Assembly: GCA_965248835.1 (NCBI GenBank)
Contig: CBDFLJ010000002.1
Span: forward strand, 1 to 64,000
Origin: Alphaproteobacteria bacterium
GTDB taxonomy: Bacteria; Pseudomonadota; Alphaproteobacteria; MPNO01
Direction of reading: 5' to 3'
DNA length: 64,000 nucleotides
Shown: positions 1 through 10,644 of the stretch, in pieces
Numbering within the stretch: position 1 is the stretch's first letter
How the letters are laid out: each line of letters begins with the position of its first letter
The notes under the pieces: generated by a model
Told to the model about the DNA's origin: nothing
What the model saw: only the letters and a program-made list of their open reading frames with translations
The model's database searches: none
Program-made: the position numbers and the translations under genes

Positions 1-636
1 TCCGAAGACTACCCGGGCGAGCTCGATTTCGCCGATTTCAGCGCCGACCTGCTGCGACTGCTCGATCATTTCGGCGCCGATCGGGCGCATTTGTGCGGCC
101 TGTCGATGGGCGGGCGCATCGCTCAGGACTTCTACCGGTTCCATCCCGAACGGGTGGCGACGATGGTGTTGTGCGACACCTTCGCCGGCGAGGACCCGGA
201 AGACGCCCGCGCCGGCCGCACCCAGTCCGCCGACGAATTCGTCGCCTCTCGCATCCAACCCTATCTCGACGGCGCCGACCCGGCCGAGCGGGCGCCCGGA
301 GCGGCCGGCTGGCTGCTCGGACCCAACCGGTCCGAGGAGGCCTTCGCGCGCGCGGTCGCCGCCCATGCTGCGCTTCACGTGGGCTCCTATATCAAGACCG
401 TGCGTGCGTCGGCCGGCTGGGGCCGCGCCCACGCCCTGCCGGACATCGCCGTGCCGGTGCTCCTGGTGTTCGGCGCCCAGGATCCGCTCACCCCGCCCCA
501 TATCGGCGATTACATGTGCGAGAAGATCCCCGGTGCGCGGCTGGAGGTCATCGCGGACTCCGGTCACCTGACAAACCTGGAGCAGCCCGAGGCGTTCAAC
601 CGGGCGGTGCTGCCGTTCCTGCTGGCGAACTGCTGA
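1..636 (+). CDS. alpha/beta fold hydrolase, 5'-truncated by window edge
   Basis: Frame is open from base 1; nucleophile elbow GLSMGG, acid D in GAQDPLTP, catalytic His in SGHLTNLEQP. Confidence 0.85.
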   Translation, partial: SEDYPGELDFADFSADLLRLLDHFGADRAHLCGLSMGGRIAQDFYRFHPERVATMVLCDTFAGEDPEDARAGRTQSADEFVASRIQPYLDGADPAERAPGAAGWLLGPNRSEEAFARAVAAHAALHVGSYIKTVRASAGWGRAHALPDIAVPVLLVFGAQDPLTPPHIGDYMCEKIPGARLEVIADSGHLTNLEQPEAFNRAVLPFLLANC

Positions 637-775
637 ACCCCCTTGCCTCACCGACGGATTCGAACCGGCCGGCCCGGCTGATCGCCGCGGCGGCGGCGAG
701 CCGTCATCAAGGGCGTTGCATCGCCGATTGCCGCGGTGTAACAGGTTGCGCCGGTGCTAACGCGAAACGAAGCTG

Positions 776-1234
776 GTGATGAATACAGAGACAGATTCGA
801 GCCCGACACCCGCCGCCGCCTCGGAAAAACCCTCCGACAAGACCACTTCCGGCACGCCCTCGGAGACTCCGTCCGGCTCCGGGTCGGGCGGCGATGCCGG
901 CAAGTCGAGCCGCGAGTCCGTCGGCGGGTCGGCAGCCGTCCACTACGGCTATTTCAGCAACGTCAAGACCCCGGAATACAAGTCCGGATGGGATCAGATC
1001 TGGGGCAAGAAGACATCGCGACGGACCGGCGCGGCGACGCCGCGGGCGGCGCCGAAAAACGGGGCCAAGGAGCCGATGCTCCTTCGCTTGAGCCTCGAAG
1101 ACCTGCCGGAGGCGGTGCGGCTGTCGCTGGTCGAGACCGCACGCGCCAAGCTCAAGAAATCGCGGCTCAGCTACGATAGAAGGGACAAGGCGGGCGCGGT
1201 GTCCTGGCGGATCGAATGCGAGGTCCGGCGCTGA
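776..1234 (+). CDS. hypothetical protein with low-complexity Ser/Gly/Thr N-terminus and basic C-terminus
   Basis: 152-aa ORF with high-GC3 codon usage filling the gap between two genes; no family recognised. Confidence 0.65.
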   Translation: MMNTETDSSPTPAAASEKPSDKTTSGTPSETPSGSGSGGDAGKSSRESVGGSAAVHYGYFSNVKTPEYKSGWDQIWGKKTSRRTGAATPRAAPKNGAKEPMLLRLSLEDLPEAVRLSLVETARAKLKKSRLSYDRRDKAGAVSWRIECEVRR

Positions 1235-1253
1235 GCCGGACCCGCGCCGGCGG

Positions 1254-2462
1254 CTATTCGAAGCTCGCGTGCGCGCGCGTCTTGCCGGCGCCGTCGCTGG
1301 CGATCTGCTCCAGCGTCGCGACCTGGCCGGCCGGCGGGCCTCTCATGCCGAAGAAGCGGTGCATGCGCTGGTAGACCACCTCGTGGCGCAAGGCCGGGCC
1401 GAGGTCCTTGAACATCTCGTAGAAGATCGGTGAGGGGTCGGGCCAGGTGCCCTGCGGGTGCGGGTAGTCGGCGCCGAAGACCAGGATGTCGCGCAGGATA
1501 TTGTCTTCGTGCTGGAGTCCCTGGGCGGCGATGGCGTCTTCCTCGAAGGTCACCCGGATCTGCCGCTTGACGTAGACGCTCGGCAGCGCATCCAGACCGG
1601 TTTCCCTGAACAGGCCGGGCCGTTCCTCGGCCTGGCGGTCCATCCAGTGGACCAGGAACGGCACCCAGCCGGCACGGCACTCCGCGAACAGGAGCTTCAG
1701 CCCCGGATGACGCTGCAGCGCGCCGCAATAGACGATGTCGGCGATCGGCCGGGCCAGCGAGAACGGCGCGCAGGAGAAATAGGCCATCCGCTCGCCGCGC
1801 TCGGTCGGCGGGATCGTGGTCTTGGCGTTGCCGCCGATATGGACCGAGCACACCATGCCGGTCTCCTCGAAGGCATCCCAGGTCGGCTCCCAGCACTCAT
1901 GGAACATCGGCTGCTCGCCGTCGAAGGGCACGAACTCGGCCGATCGGCAGCCCATTGCGGCCAGGCGACGGATCTCGCCGGGGACCGAGGCGACGTCGAA
2001 GACCGGCAGGATCGGCAGGATCATCAGCCGGTCCGGGTCGTGGGCGTTGAGCTCCATCACCCAGTCGTTGTAGACCCGGTGGACCTCGTGGCGCAGCGCC
2101 GGATCGTCGATATCCCACTTGCGCGTCGAGCCGAACCCGACATAGCCGTAGACGCTGCCATAGTCCATGTGCTCGAGCAGGAGCGCCGGGTCCGAGGGCG
2201 GCAGCGCACCCTTGGGTATGCGCGCGCCGGACTTGCCGAAAAACTGATCGAGCAGCGAGCGGTTGTCCGGCCCGTCGGCGGTGCCGCCGTCGCGCCCCCT
2301 TATGATACGGCCCTCCCAGGCCCAGCTGATCTGGCCCCGGTCCTCGACGACCTTGGGCGCGCGCTCCTTGAACTTCGCGGCGACGCGGTCCTGCCAGAGA
2401 TTGGCCGGGATCCACCGCTGGTCCAGGTGGTTGTCGGCGGAGTTGTATTTGTACAGCACCAT
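1254..2462 (-). CDS. amidohydrolase_2 family protein
   Basis: N-terminal SADNHLD metal motif, VYNDW, VHIGG, AECRAGWVPF, FGADYPH; start placed at ATG 2462 (MVLYKY). Confidence 0.85.
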   Translation of the reverse strand: MVLYKYNSADNHLDQRWIPANLWQDRVAAKFKERAPKVVEDRGQISWAWEGRIIRGRDGGTADGPDNRSLLDQFFGKSGARIPKGALPPSDPALLLEHMDYGSVYGYVGFGSTRKWDIDDPALRHEVHRVYNDWVMELNAHDPDRLMILPILPVFDVASVPGEIRRLAAMGCRSAEFVPFDGEQPMFHECWEPTWDAFEETGMVCSVHIGGNAKTTIPPTERGERMAYFSCAPFSLARPIADIVYCGALQRHPGLKLLFAECRAGWVPFLVHWMDRQAEERPGLFRETGLDALPSVYVKRQIRVTFEEDAIAAQGLQHEDNILRDILVFGADYPHPQGTWPDPSPIFYEMFKDLGPALRHEVVYQRMHRFFGMRGPPAGQVATLEQIASDGAGKTRAHASFE

Positions 2463-2487
2463 GGCGACGTCCGATCCCACCCAGCCG

Positions 2488-3342
2488 TCACTCGGCGGCG
2501 GCGTTGTCCTCGGCCGCCGCAACACGGTCGTAGGCGCTGAACGTGGGCTTGTAGGACTTGTCGTCGAGGAACTGCTTCAGGCCGTTGGCGTAGGCGTTTT
2601 CCTTGTCGCGTTGCTTGATCTCCGCGCCCTTGGCGGCGAGGTAGTCGAAGGCCTGGTCGTCGTTCATGGTTCGCACCGCGCGGATGGCGTGCTTGGTTGC
2701 GCGCAGCACCTCGGGGTTCTTTTCCATCAGCTCACGGGCGAGCGTCTCGGTCTCGGCACGCAATCGCGCCAGCGGCACCGAGTCGTTGACCAGGCCGATT
2801 TCGCGTGCCCGCTTGCCGTCGAGCGTCCTGCCGGTGCAGGCGTAGTACATCGCATGGCGCAGCAGCAGCGCATCGGTGAGCTTCTTGCTCACCAGCCCGC
2901 CCGGCAGGATGCCCCAGTTGACCTCCGAGAGGCAGAACAGGGCCTCGTCGGCCGCGATCGCGAAGTCGCAGCACAGCATCTGGGTGAACCCGCCGCCGAC
3001 GCAATAGCCGTTGACCATGGCGATCGTCGGTTTGTTGTAGGACAGCAGCCGCCGGTTGCGCCAGCGCTCGGAGGCCTCGCCGGTCCGGCGCCTTGCGACC
3101 GGATCGCCGTCCAGCCCGCGGAAGTATTCGCGCAAGTCCTGGCCGGCGCAGAACGCCTCGCCCGCGCCGGTCAGGATCACCAGCCGGGTCTGCGGATCGG
3201 CTTCAAGTTCGGGCAGCACCGCGTCCATGTCGAAATGCATCTGCGGGTTCATCGCGTTGCGCTTCTCGGGACGGTTCATGTAGAGCCAGGCGATCCCGTC
3301 GTCCTTCTCCACGCGGATCGTCTCGTAGCTGCCTACGGTCAT
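2488..3342 (-). CDS. ech: p-hydroxycinnamoyl-CoA hydratase/lyase (crotonase family)
   Basis: NRPEKRNAM, FCAGQDLREYF, catalytic LSEVNWGILPGG, DYLAAK and GLKQFLDDKSYKP, all typical of HCHL. Confidence 0.9.
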   Translation of the reverse strand: MTVGSYETIRVEKDDGIAWLYMNRPEKRNAMNPQMHFDMDAVLPELEADPQTRLVILTGAGEAFCAGQDLREYFRGLDGDPVARRRTGEASERWRNRRLLSYNKPTIAMVNGYCVGGGFTQMLCCDFAIAADEALFCLSEVNWGILPGGLVSKKLTDALLLRHAMYYACTGRTLDGKRAREIGLVNDSVPLARLRAETETLARELMEKNPEVLRATKHAIRAVRTMNDDQAFDYLAAKGAEIKQRDKENAYANGLKQFLDDKSYKPTFSAYDRVAAAEDNAAAE

Positions 3343-3651
3343 CTGCTCCCCCTGCCATTCGTCCGGATCCGCGGCGTCGGACGCGCCGTCGCCGCGCGTT
3401 TCCGGGGATCGGTGTTTCGCATCTTCCGAGTCGGCGCGCACGCACGCGGAACTTAGCAAACCGGCCCGCCCCGGCGCACCACAAATCCGTGCGCAGCACC
3501 TTGCGGTCCCGACCGGCCCAACGGTTAGGCGATTGCCAACCCGCCGGCGCCCAGCGGCCGGCCAGCGCCGCCCGCAATGCCCCGCAGGGCTCGCCAAGCG
3601 TCACTTCCGGACACCCCTTCGCGCGCATCCGGGTCTCTTGCCGCGTGCGCC

Positions 3652-5994
3652 CTACTCGGCCGCCCTTTGCCGCCCGCTGCCATGTCTCGACGGACGGTGT
3701 GCCGACCGCAGCGCCTCCAGCTCGGCCCGTTCGCGGGCGGCCAGCCTGAAGGCTTGTTCCTTTGCCGTATGGTATTGCGCTGGCCAACGCTGACTTTCAA
3801 CGCCGTAATGTGCAGCGGCCTCCAAGGTGAAGTGCGGGTTGGTCAGATGGGGCCGCGCCAGCGCCACCAGGTCCGCGCGGCCGGCCGCGAGGATGGTGTT
3901 GACCTGATCGGCGGTGGTGATGTTGCCGACCGCGATCGTCGGCACCTTCGCCTCGTTGCGCACCTGCTCGGAAAACCAGGTCTGGAACATCCGGCCGTAG
4001 ACCGGCTGTGCCGCAGGCGTCGTCTGGCCGGCGGAGACATCGATCAGATCGCAGCCGTGATCGGCCAGCATGCGGGCGATGCGGACTGCTTCCTCGCCGG
4101 TCACGCCGTCGGCGCCGACCCAGTCGGTCGCCGAGATCCGGACCGAGATCGGCCGGTCGGCCGGCCAGGCCGCGCGCACCGCATCGAAGACCTCGAGCGG
4201 GAAGCGCATACGGTTCTCCAGCACGCCGCCATAGGCGTCGGCCCGCCGGTTGCTGAGCGGGGTGATGAAGCTCGACAGCAGGTAGCCGTGTGCCATGTGG
4301 AGCTCGAGCATGTCCGCGCCGGTCTGCGCGGCCATCTCGGCCGCGCGCACGAAATCGGCGGTCGCCGCGTCCATGTCGGCGCGGCGCATCGCGCGGGGAA
4401 CCTGGTTGAACGGGTAAAACGGGATGGCCGACGGCGCGATCAGCGGCCAGTTGCCGTCTTCCAGCGGCTGGTCCATTCCCTCCCAGCCGATCCGGGTCGA
4501 GCCCTTGCGCCCGCAATGGCCGATCTGCATGGCGAACTTGGCATCGGAGGTCTCGTGGACCATCGCGACGATGCGCCGCCACGCCGCGACGTGGTCCGGC
4601 GCATAGAGCCCGGCGCAGCCCGGCGTGATCCGCCCGTCCGTGCTCACACAGGTCATCTCCGAGAAGATCAGCCCTGCCCCGCCGGCGGCCAAGCTGCCGA
4701 AATGGATGAAATGGAAGTCGCCCACCGTCCCCTCGGTGGCCGAATACATGTCCATCGGCGAGACCACGACGCGGTTGGCCACCACCAAATCCCGGCCGAT
4801 CCGGAAGGGCGTGAACATCGGCGGGGCACCGTCGGCGACGGCCAGGCCGGTGTTGCGCACGCCGTCGGCAAACCAGCCGCGCACCCGCTCGACAAACCCC
4901 GCATCCCGCAGCGCGAGGTTGTCGTAGGTGACCTGCTTGGAGCGCGAGAGCATCGAGAACGCCGCCTGGATCGGCGCCATGTCCCAATAGCGCTCGGGGT
5001 TCTCGGTCCAGACCACGCTGGTCTCCGAGGCGTGCTGGGTGATCTCGACGGTCTCGCGGCGGGTGTCCTCGAAGCGGGCGAGCGCGGCCGCGAGCGGCCC
5101 GCCGCCGGCGAGCGCTTCGTAGAGCGCGATCGCATCCTCCATTGCGAGCTTGGTGCCCGAGCCGATCGAATAATGCGCGGTGTGCAGCGCGTCGCCCAGC
5201 AGCACCACGTTGTCGTGCCACCAGCGCTCGCACCGGATCATCGGGAAGGTGCGCCAGATCGAGCGGTTTCCGATCAGCCGGTGGCCGTCGAGCCGGTCGG
5301 CCCACAGACGCTCCATGTGGGCGATCAGCGCGTCCTGGTCGAGGTCGCCGAGCGCGGCCTCGGCGCTGGCCCAGGTCTTACGAGGCGCCTCGATGACCCA
5401 GGTGCTCATGTCACGGTTGTACTGATAGGCGCCCAGCACCCAGATGCCGTGCTCGTCGGTGGTGAAGTCGAAGGTGAAGGCCTCATAGGGCCGGGTCGAG
5501 CCCAGCCACAGGAAACGGTTGAGCCGGTCCTCGGACCGCGGCCGGAAATGATCGGCAAGCGCCGACCGGATGCCCGAGTTGATGCCGTCGGCGCCGACGA
5601 TCAGGTCGAAATCGGCAAGCCCGGCAAGGCCCTGAATCTCGCTCTCGAAATGAAGCTCCACGCCGAGCGCGCGGCAGCGTTGCTGGAGGATCAGCAGCAG
5701 CTCCTGCCTGCCGCAGCCGCAGAACCCGTGCCCGCCGCTCCTGATGGTCCGGCCGTGCAGGACGAAATCGATCTCGTCCCAATAGGCGAAACGCCGGCGG
5801 ATCGCGTCATAGCTCTCCGGGTCGTAGTCGCGGAAGGTATCGAGCGTCTCGTCGGAGAACACCACGCCGAAGCCGAACGTGTCGTCGTGACGGTTGCGCT
5901 CATGGACCGCCACCTCCCAGCCGGGCCAGGCCTTCTTGGCCAGCAGCGCGAAATAGAGCCCCGCCGCCCCGCCGCCGACCACCGCGACTCTCAT
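3652..5994 (-). CDS. bifunctional FAD monooxygenase/OYE-like reductase (salicylyl-CoA 5-hydroxylase / 2-aminobenzoyl-CoA monooxygenase-reductase family)
   Basis: GGGAAG Rossmann motif, [31 protein letters not shown]; C-terminal flavin oxidase domain [13 protein letters not shown]...NRR.D.YGG..ENRMRFP. Confidence 0.9.
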   Translation of the reverse strand: MRVAVVGGGAAGLYFALLAKKAWPGWEVAVHERNRHDDTFGFGVVFSDETLDTFRDYDPESYDAIRRRFAYWDEIDFVLHGRTIRSGGHGFCGCGRQELLLILQQRCRALGVELHFESEIQGLAGLADFDLIVGADGINSGIRSALADHFRPRSEDRLNRFLWLGSTRPYEAFTFDFTTDEHGIWVLGAYQYNRDMSTWVIEAPRKTWASAEAALGDLDQDALIAHMERLWADRLDGHRLIGNRSIWRTFPMIRCERWWHDNVVLLGDALHTAHYSIGSGTKLAMEDAIALYEALAGGGPLAAALARFEDTRRETVEITQHASETSVVWTENPERYWDMAPIQAAFSMLSRSKQVTYDNLALRDAGFVERVRGWFADGVRNTGLAVADGAPPMFTPFRIGRDLVVANRVVVSPMDMYSATEGTVGDFHFIHFGSLAAGGAGLIFSEMTCVSTDGRITPGCAGLYAPDHVAAWRRIVAMVHETSDAKFAMQIGHCGRKGSTRIGWEGMDQPLEDGNWPLIAPSAIPFYPFNQVPRAMRRADMDAATADFVRAAEMAAQTGADMLELHMAHGYLLSSFITPLSNRRADAYGGVLENRMRFPLEVFDAVRAAWPADRPISVRISATDWVGADGVTGEEAVRIARMLADHGCDLIDVSAGQTTPAAQPVYGRMFQTWFSEQVRNEAKVPTIAVGNITTADQVNTILAAGRADLVALARPHLTNPHFTLEAAAHYGVESQRWPAQYHTAKEQAFRLAARERAELEALRSAHRPSRHGSGRQRAAE

Positions 5995-6047
5995 CGCGGA
6001 CCTGCGCCGATCCGATCCATCGCCCGTCCCACCGTCCCGCCGGACGC

Positions 6048-7907
6048 TCACAGGCGGATGACGTCGGGGTCGTCCTCGTCGAGCAGCCGTTCGGCGAGGC
6101 CGCGGCGGCGGGCGATCACCGCGCGCTGGTTGACGTAGCCCTTGTCGGTGATCTCGCCGGCTGCGACCGACGGGGGCTCGGCCATCAGGAGCGCACGGGC
6201 GATGCGCCGGCTGCTGGCCGGGTTCCGGGCGTTGTAGGCCTCCAGCCCACCTCGTACTGCTGCGATCACCGACGGGTGGCGCAATGCGTCCTCGGCCGTG
6301 CCGCCGCCGGCGAGTTCCCGGCAATGGGCGAGGTTCGGAAAGACCAGCAGCCCAAGCATGTCGCGGTTTTCGCCCACCACCACCGCGTCCTCGATCTGCG
6401 GGGCAGCGGCGTCGATGACGGCGACCCGCACGGCCCCGACGGCGACCCAGTTGCCGGTCAGGAGCTTGAACTCCTCCGTCAGCCTTCCGTCATAGACCAG
6501 CCCCTTGTCGGGGTCGTTCGGATCGCGCAGGAACCCGGCATCGCCGGTCTTGAGGAACCCTTCCTCGTCGAAGGCTGCAGCGTTGAGCGTCGGCTGATCG
6601 AGATAGCCGGCCATGACGTTGGGGCCGCGGGCGCGGATCTCCAGGCGCCCGTGGATCGGCACCAGCTTGACCTCGCAGCCCGGGACAGGCACTCCGATCA
6701 GGCCGGGGCGGTCGATCGGCCAGTGCGCGGTGGTGTGCAGCGGCGCAAGTTCGGTCATGCCCCAGGCCGAGATCATCGGCACCCGCACGCCCCGCGCGGC
6801 GACCGAGAGCGCCTCCAACCGCGCCCACAGCTCGGGCGGCAGCGAGGCGGCGGAATAGACGATGACTTCGAGCCGGCGAAAGAAAGTCTCGCGCAAGCCC
6901 GCGTCGGCTTCGAGGTAGGGAATCAGCATCGCGTAGCCGCGCGGCACGTTGAAATGCGCCGTGGGCGAGACCGCCCGCAAATTCTCGACCGTCACCGCGA
7001 TGCCGTCCTCGGTCGGCCTGCCGAGGTCGATATGGTAGGCGCCGCCGTTGCGCAGAACGGCATTGAAATTGTAGTTGGCGCCGCCGGCATGGTGCCACGG
7101 CTGCCAATCGACCACGACGGGCGGGGTGTCCTCGTAGAATTGGAAGAGTTGGGCCAGCGCCTGCTGGTTGGAGCACAGCATGCGGTGGGTGTTGGGCACC
7201 GCCTTGGGCACGCCGGTCGAACCCGAGGTGAACAGGATCTTCGCCACGTCCTCGGGCGCCACCGCATCGAAGGCGCGCTCGACATCCGCGCCGGCCTCGG
7301 CCTCGGCCAGTGCAGCGAACGGAATCGACGGCGCCGCGCCGGGCGGGCGCCGGCCGTGAACCACGGTCTGGTCGGGCCGCAGGATCCCGCCCAGCGCCCG
7401 GTCGAACGGCGGGCCGTCTTCGACATAAATCATCGCCGGTCGGACGCATTCGACGGCGTGGCGCAGCCGGTCGATGGCTTGCGGGATCAGCGAATAGGAC
7501 GGCGAGATCGGCATCACCGGAATGCCGACCTGCATGGCGGCAAGACCCAGCAATCCGTGATCGATGCTCTTCTCCGACAAGATGGCGAGCGGGCGCGCGG
7601 CACCGAGCCCGCGATCCAGAAGCGCCTGCGAGAGCCGGTCCACCACCTGCCGCGCGGCGCCGTAGGTGACCTCGCGCCAGCCGCCGCCGTCCTCGCGCGC
7701 GGCAAGGAACAGCGCTTCCGGCCGCGCCTCTGCCCAGCGCCGCAGCCAGATCCCAACCTGCCGGTCGTAGGCGCCGAGCGGCGTGTTGGAGGCGAGCCGG
7801 ATGGTGCCGTCGGACTCGCGGCGCATGGCGATGTCCGGGACGGCAAAGCGGGTCGGTGCGAAGGCTGCGCTCTCCGGTCCCGCGGGCTGTCGTCTGGCCG
7901 GCATCAC
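6048..7907 (-). CDS. fcs: feruloyl-CoA synthetase-like acyl-CoA ligase
   Basis: AMP-binding [44 protein letters not shown] typical of Fcs. Confidence 0.85.
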   Translation of the reverse strand: MMPARRQPAGPESAAFAPTRFAVPDIAMRRESDGTIRLASNTPLGAYDRQVGIWLRRWAEARPEALFLAAREDGGGWREVTYGAARQVVDRLSQALLDRGLGAARPLAILSEKSIDHGLLGLAAMQVGIPVMPISPSYSLIPQAIDRLRHAVECVRPAMIYVEDGPPFDRALGGILRPDQTVVHGRRPPGAAPSIPFAALAEAEAGADVERAFDAVAPEDVAKILFTSGSTGVPKAVPNTHRMLCSNQQALAQLFQFYEDTPPVVVDWQPWHHAGGANYNFNAVLRNGGAYHIDLGRPTEDGIAVTVENLRAVSPTAHFNVPRGYAMLIPYLEADAGLRETFFRRLEVIVYSAASLPPELWARLEALSVAARGVRVPMISAWGMTELAPLHTTAHWPIDRPGLIGVPVPGCEVKLVPIHGRLEIRARGPNVMAGYLDQPTLNAAAFDEEGFLKTGDAGFLRDPNDPDKGLVYDGRLTEEFKLLTGNWVAVGAVRVAVIDAAAPQIEDAVVVGENRDMLGLLVFPNLAHCRELAGGGTAEDALRHPSVIAAVRGGLEAYNARNPASSRRIARALLMAEPPSVAAGEITDKGYVNQRAVIARRRGLAERLLDEDDPDVIRL

Positions 7908-7929
7908 CCTGACCGCCTGTCCATCCGCC

Positions 7930-8811
7930 TTACCCTTGCGGCAGACCGAAGACCCGGCGCGCGTTCTCGCCCATCACCAGGGCCGCGGCGTCCGGACGGA
8001 TGTCGAGGGCTGCAATCTCGGCCACCGCGCGCTCGGGATCGATCGCCGGCCAGTCGGTACCGAACAGCACCTTGTGGCGGCCGTAGGTCTGGAGGAAGTG
8101 GACGAACGGCGCCGGCCAATGACGTGGAGCGTGGGCATCGGTTCCGATGAAGACGTTGTCATGCTTCCAGGCCATGGCGATCATCTCCTCGGTCCACGGG
8201 ATGCCGATATGGATGCCGAGGATGCGCAGTTCCGGAAAGTCGCAGGCGATGCGGTCCAGCGTGATCGGCCGCCCGACGCTCGGCCGCCGCCGACCGGCCT
8301 GATAGACCAGGCTCTGGCCGACCTGCATCATGACGGGCACGTCGAGCTCGCAGCATTTGGCGTAGTAGGGGTAGTACTTCGCGTGGTCGGGGGCGAGTTC
8401 GAAATGGTGCGGGTAGATATGGGCGCCGACGAAGCCCAGCGCACGCACCGCATGCTCGAGCTCGCGCAGCCCTTCCATGCCGCGGAACGGATCGATCCCG
8501 GCAAGGCCCGAGAACCGGTCCGGATGGCGCCGGCAGACGGCGTGGACGCGCGCGTAGGGCACCTCGGCCGAATCGCGCTCGCGCCGGTCCCCGGCGCGCG
8601 CGGCCACCAGAAGCGAGCGGGCGATGCCGGCGCGGTCCATCTTCCGGAGGTAATCCGGGATCGGCACGCCGTTCCTCATCGCCTCGGGCATCCTGAGCTG
8701 TTCCATGAAGGCCGGGTCGATGCCGAGGCAGCCGTCCCGCACCTCACGCGGGGTGAACAGGTTGACCACGATGTCGATCGCGCCGGTCGTCGGCCGGTTC
8801 AAGCCGGCCAT
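7930..8811 (-). CDS. amidohydrolase_2 family protein
   Basis: HPDRFSGLAGIDP, YPYYAKCCELDVP, HIGIPW, VLFGTDWP. Confidence 0.85.
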   Translation of the reverse strand: MAGLNRPTTGAIDIVVNLFTPREVRDGCLGIDPAFMEQLRMPEAMRNGVPIPDYLRKMDRAGIARSLLVAARAGDRRERDSAEVPYARVHAVCRRHPDRFSGLAGIDPFRGMEGLRELEHAVRALGFVGAHIYPHHFELAPDHAKYYPYYAKCCELDVPVMMQVGQSLVYQAGRRRPSVGRPITLDRIACDFPELRILGIHIGIPWTEEMIAMAWKHDNVFIGTDAHAPRHWPAPFVHFLQTYGRHKVLFGTDWPAIDPERAVAEIAALDIRPDAAALVMGENARRVFGLPQG

Positions 8812-8814
8812 CGC

Positions 8815-9840
8815 CTATCGTGTCTGCCCCGTGTCGGCGACGCGCTGATCCTCGGGGATGACCTCGCCCTTGATGAGCATCGGCGTCCCGTCGAGCCAGA
8901 CCGAACAATTGCGCATCGGCATGTCGAGGTGGCACAACGTGTCGCGCGTACCGCCGGCATCGGTGTTCGGCCCGGTCGAGAACATGAAGTTGCCGTAGAA
9001 CGAGCGTCCGTCGTTGCCGTTGGTCCGGTCCTTCATGATGCCCAGCGCGGTCCAGCGCGCCTTGGGCTGCAGCCCCCAGCCGAGATGGGAGACCGCATAG
9101 GCCTCCGGATCGCCGTGTTGGCGGAAATATTCGCTCAGATACTCCGCGTCGAACGCGCCCTCGATGTTGCCGATGTAGCCGTCCTCGATCGTCAGGCGGA
9201 TCGGGGTGTTCACGTAGGTGTTGAACGGGAAGATGATGTCGCCCTGGTCGAGAACGACCGTGCCGGATGCGGTGCGCTCGTTGGGCCAAGTGGCGATGAA
9301 GCCGGCCGGCCAGTGGTCCCAATGGCCGGGCTCGTCGGCATAGCCGTACTCGCGCAGGATCGGGTATTCGCCGAGCCTGACGGTAAGCTCGGTGCCGGCT
9401 GCGGAGGTGACCTGCATCTGGCTGGTCTTCTCGATCGCGCGGGCGGCGGCGCAGACCCGCGCCTTGTCGTCCGGCGAGGGCGGCATGCGCGCCAGCACAT
9501 CCGGCGGCTCGGTGACGTAGAGGATTCGCGTGCCGGCTTTCATGACCGCCTCCTGCTCGCCGCCGCGCAGCAGGTGGATACCGACCAGGTCGATCACCAT
9601 GTCGGCCCGGCGGAGCCCCTCCATCGCCGGGAGGTTGTCGGCAAGCCGGCCGGCGCCGTCGTAGATGTGCAGCCGGACGAGGCGGGCGCGGATCTCCTGG
9701 ACCGCGGTCGTCGCCGCTTCGAGATTTTCGGGGCGCGTATTCTCGCCGGTTAGCACGACCACGGACTCATCGGCTCCGAGCCCGCACAGCGCCAGCGTCT
9801 CCTTCCACATCACGACCTGCTGGCCGCGGCTCATCGGCAT
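8815..9840 (-). CDS. 2,5-dihydroxypyridine 5,6-dioxygenase (NicX)-like protein, M29/aminopeptidase T fold
   Basis: DEPGHWDHWP, SHLGWGL, FMFSTGPN, CHLDMPM (NicX Fe-ligand His/His/Asp motifs). Confidence 0.8.
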   Translation of the reverse strand: MPMSRGQQVVMWKETLALCGLGADESVVVLTGENTRPENLEAATTAVQEIRARLVRLHIYDGAGRLADNLPAMEGLRRADMVIDLVGIHLLRGGEQEAVMKAGTRILYVTEPPDVLARMPPSPDDKARVCAAARAIEKTSQMQVTSAAGTELTVRLGEYPILREYGYADEPGHWDHWPAGFIATWPNERTASGTVVLDQGDIIFPFNTYVNTPIRLTIEDGYIGNIEGAFDAEYLSEYFRQHGDPEAYAVSHLGWGLQPKARWTALGIMKDRTNGNDGRSFYGNFMFSTGPNTDAGGTRDTLCHLDMPMRNCSVWLDGTPMLIKGEVIPEDQRVADTGQTR

Positions 9841-10065
9841 GGCTCCTGTCCTCCCCTCGACATCGCATTGGACCCGACATCGTACCCATGCCGGCGGCGG
9901 CGCGTCACCCGGTTTGACCTGCGCGGTGACGCGAAGGCTTGCGATGCAAATCGCAAAACGGGGTCGGAGTCCATTTTTGGACTCTCACGCGTGAAGCCGC
10001 TTTGTGTTTGAGCGGACTTCGATCTACAAAATCAGTTCTGCTGAACCGGGGAGGAGACCGAGCCC

Positions 10066-10638
10066 ATGGCAAACGGCGTCAAACAGGACGACTACGCGAT
10101 CCGCGATCTCGCCCGGGAGGCGCAGCGGCTGACGTCGGTGCACGGCTTCGACGGGCCGAAGCTGCTCGAGGGATTGCGCGAGCCGTTGACCAGGATCCTG
10201 GCGCGCGACCTGACCGGCGTGGGCGTAAAGCGCGAAGGCAACCACATCGATGAGTCCCGCTACCTGTACTATGACGGCGAGATGTCGATTACCTTCGACC
10301 ACCTGCCCAGGGGCAAGGACATCCCGCCGCACGACCACGGCGTGTGGGAAGCGATGGCGATCTATAGCGGGCGCCTCCGGCACACCGTCTACGACCGCAA
10401 GGACGACGGCACCACCGAGGGCTATGCCGAGCTCGAGGTCATCGACGACAGGACCCTGGAGCGCAACGACATGGCCATCGTCGCTCCGCCGGCGGAGATC
10501 CACGGCTTCACCGCACTGACCGACGACACCTGGTCGGTGACCGTCGTCGGCGGCCGCTACAAGGACGACCGAGCCTACTACAAGCCCGAGACCAATTCCT
10601 ATGTTCGGCGCAACCCGAAGCTCCAAAATGTCGTCTGA
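10066..10638 (+). CDS. cysteine dioxygenase-like cupin
   Basis: PPHDHGVWE...EIH three-His cupin motif; RBS GGAGGAG upstream. Confidence 0.7.
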   Translation: MANGVKQDDYAIRDLAREAQRLTSVHGFDGPKLLEGLREPLTRILARDLTGVGVKREGNHIDESRYLYYDGEMSITFDHLPRGKDIPPHDHGVWEAMAIYSGRLRHTVYDRKDDGTTEGYAELEVIDDRTLERNDMAIVAPPAEIHGFTALTDDTWSVTVVGGRYKDDRAYYKPETNSYVRRNPKLQNVV

Positions 10639-10644
10639 ACGCGC

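Noticed and set aside
3343-3651. Intergenic gap upstream of ech as a structured RNA
   Set aside because: Only generic GC-rich pairing potential; no diagnostic motif
3577-6138. Long antisense/alternate-frame ORFs (e.g. 853 aa here; also 45867-48539, 31483-33831, 7783-9753)
   Set aside because: Shadow ORFs of high-GC genes; no motifs, and they fully overlap well-supported CDSs
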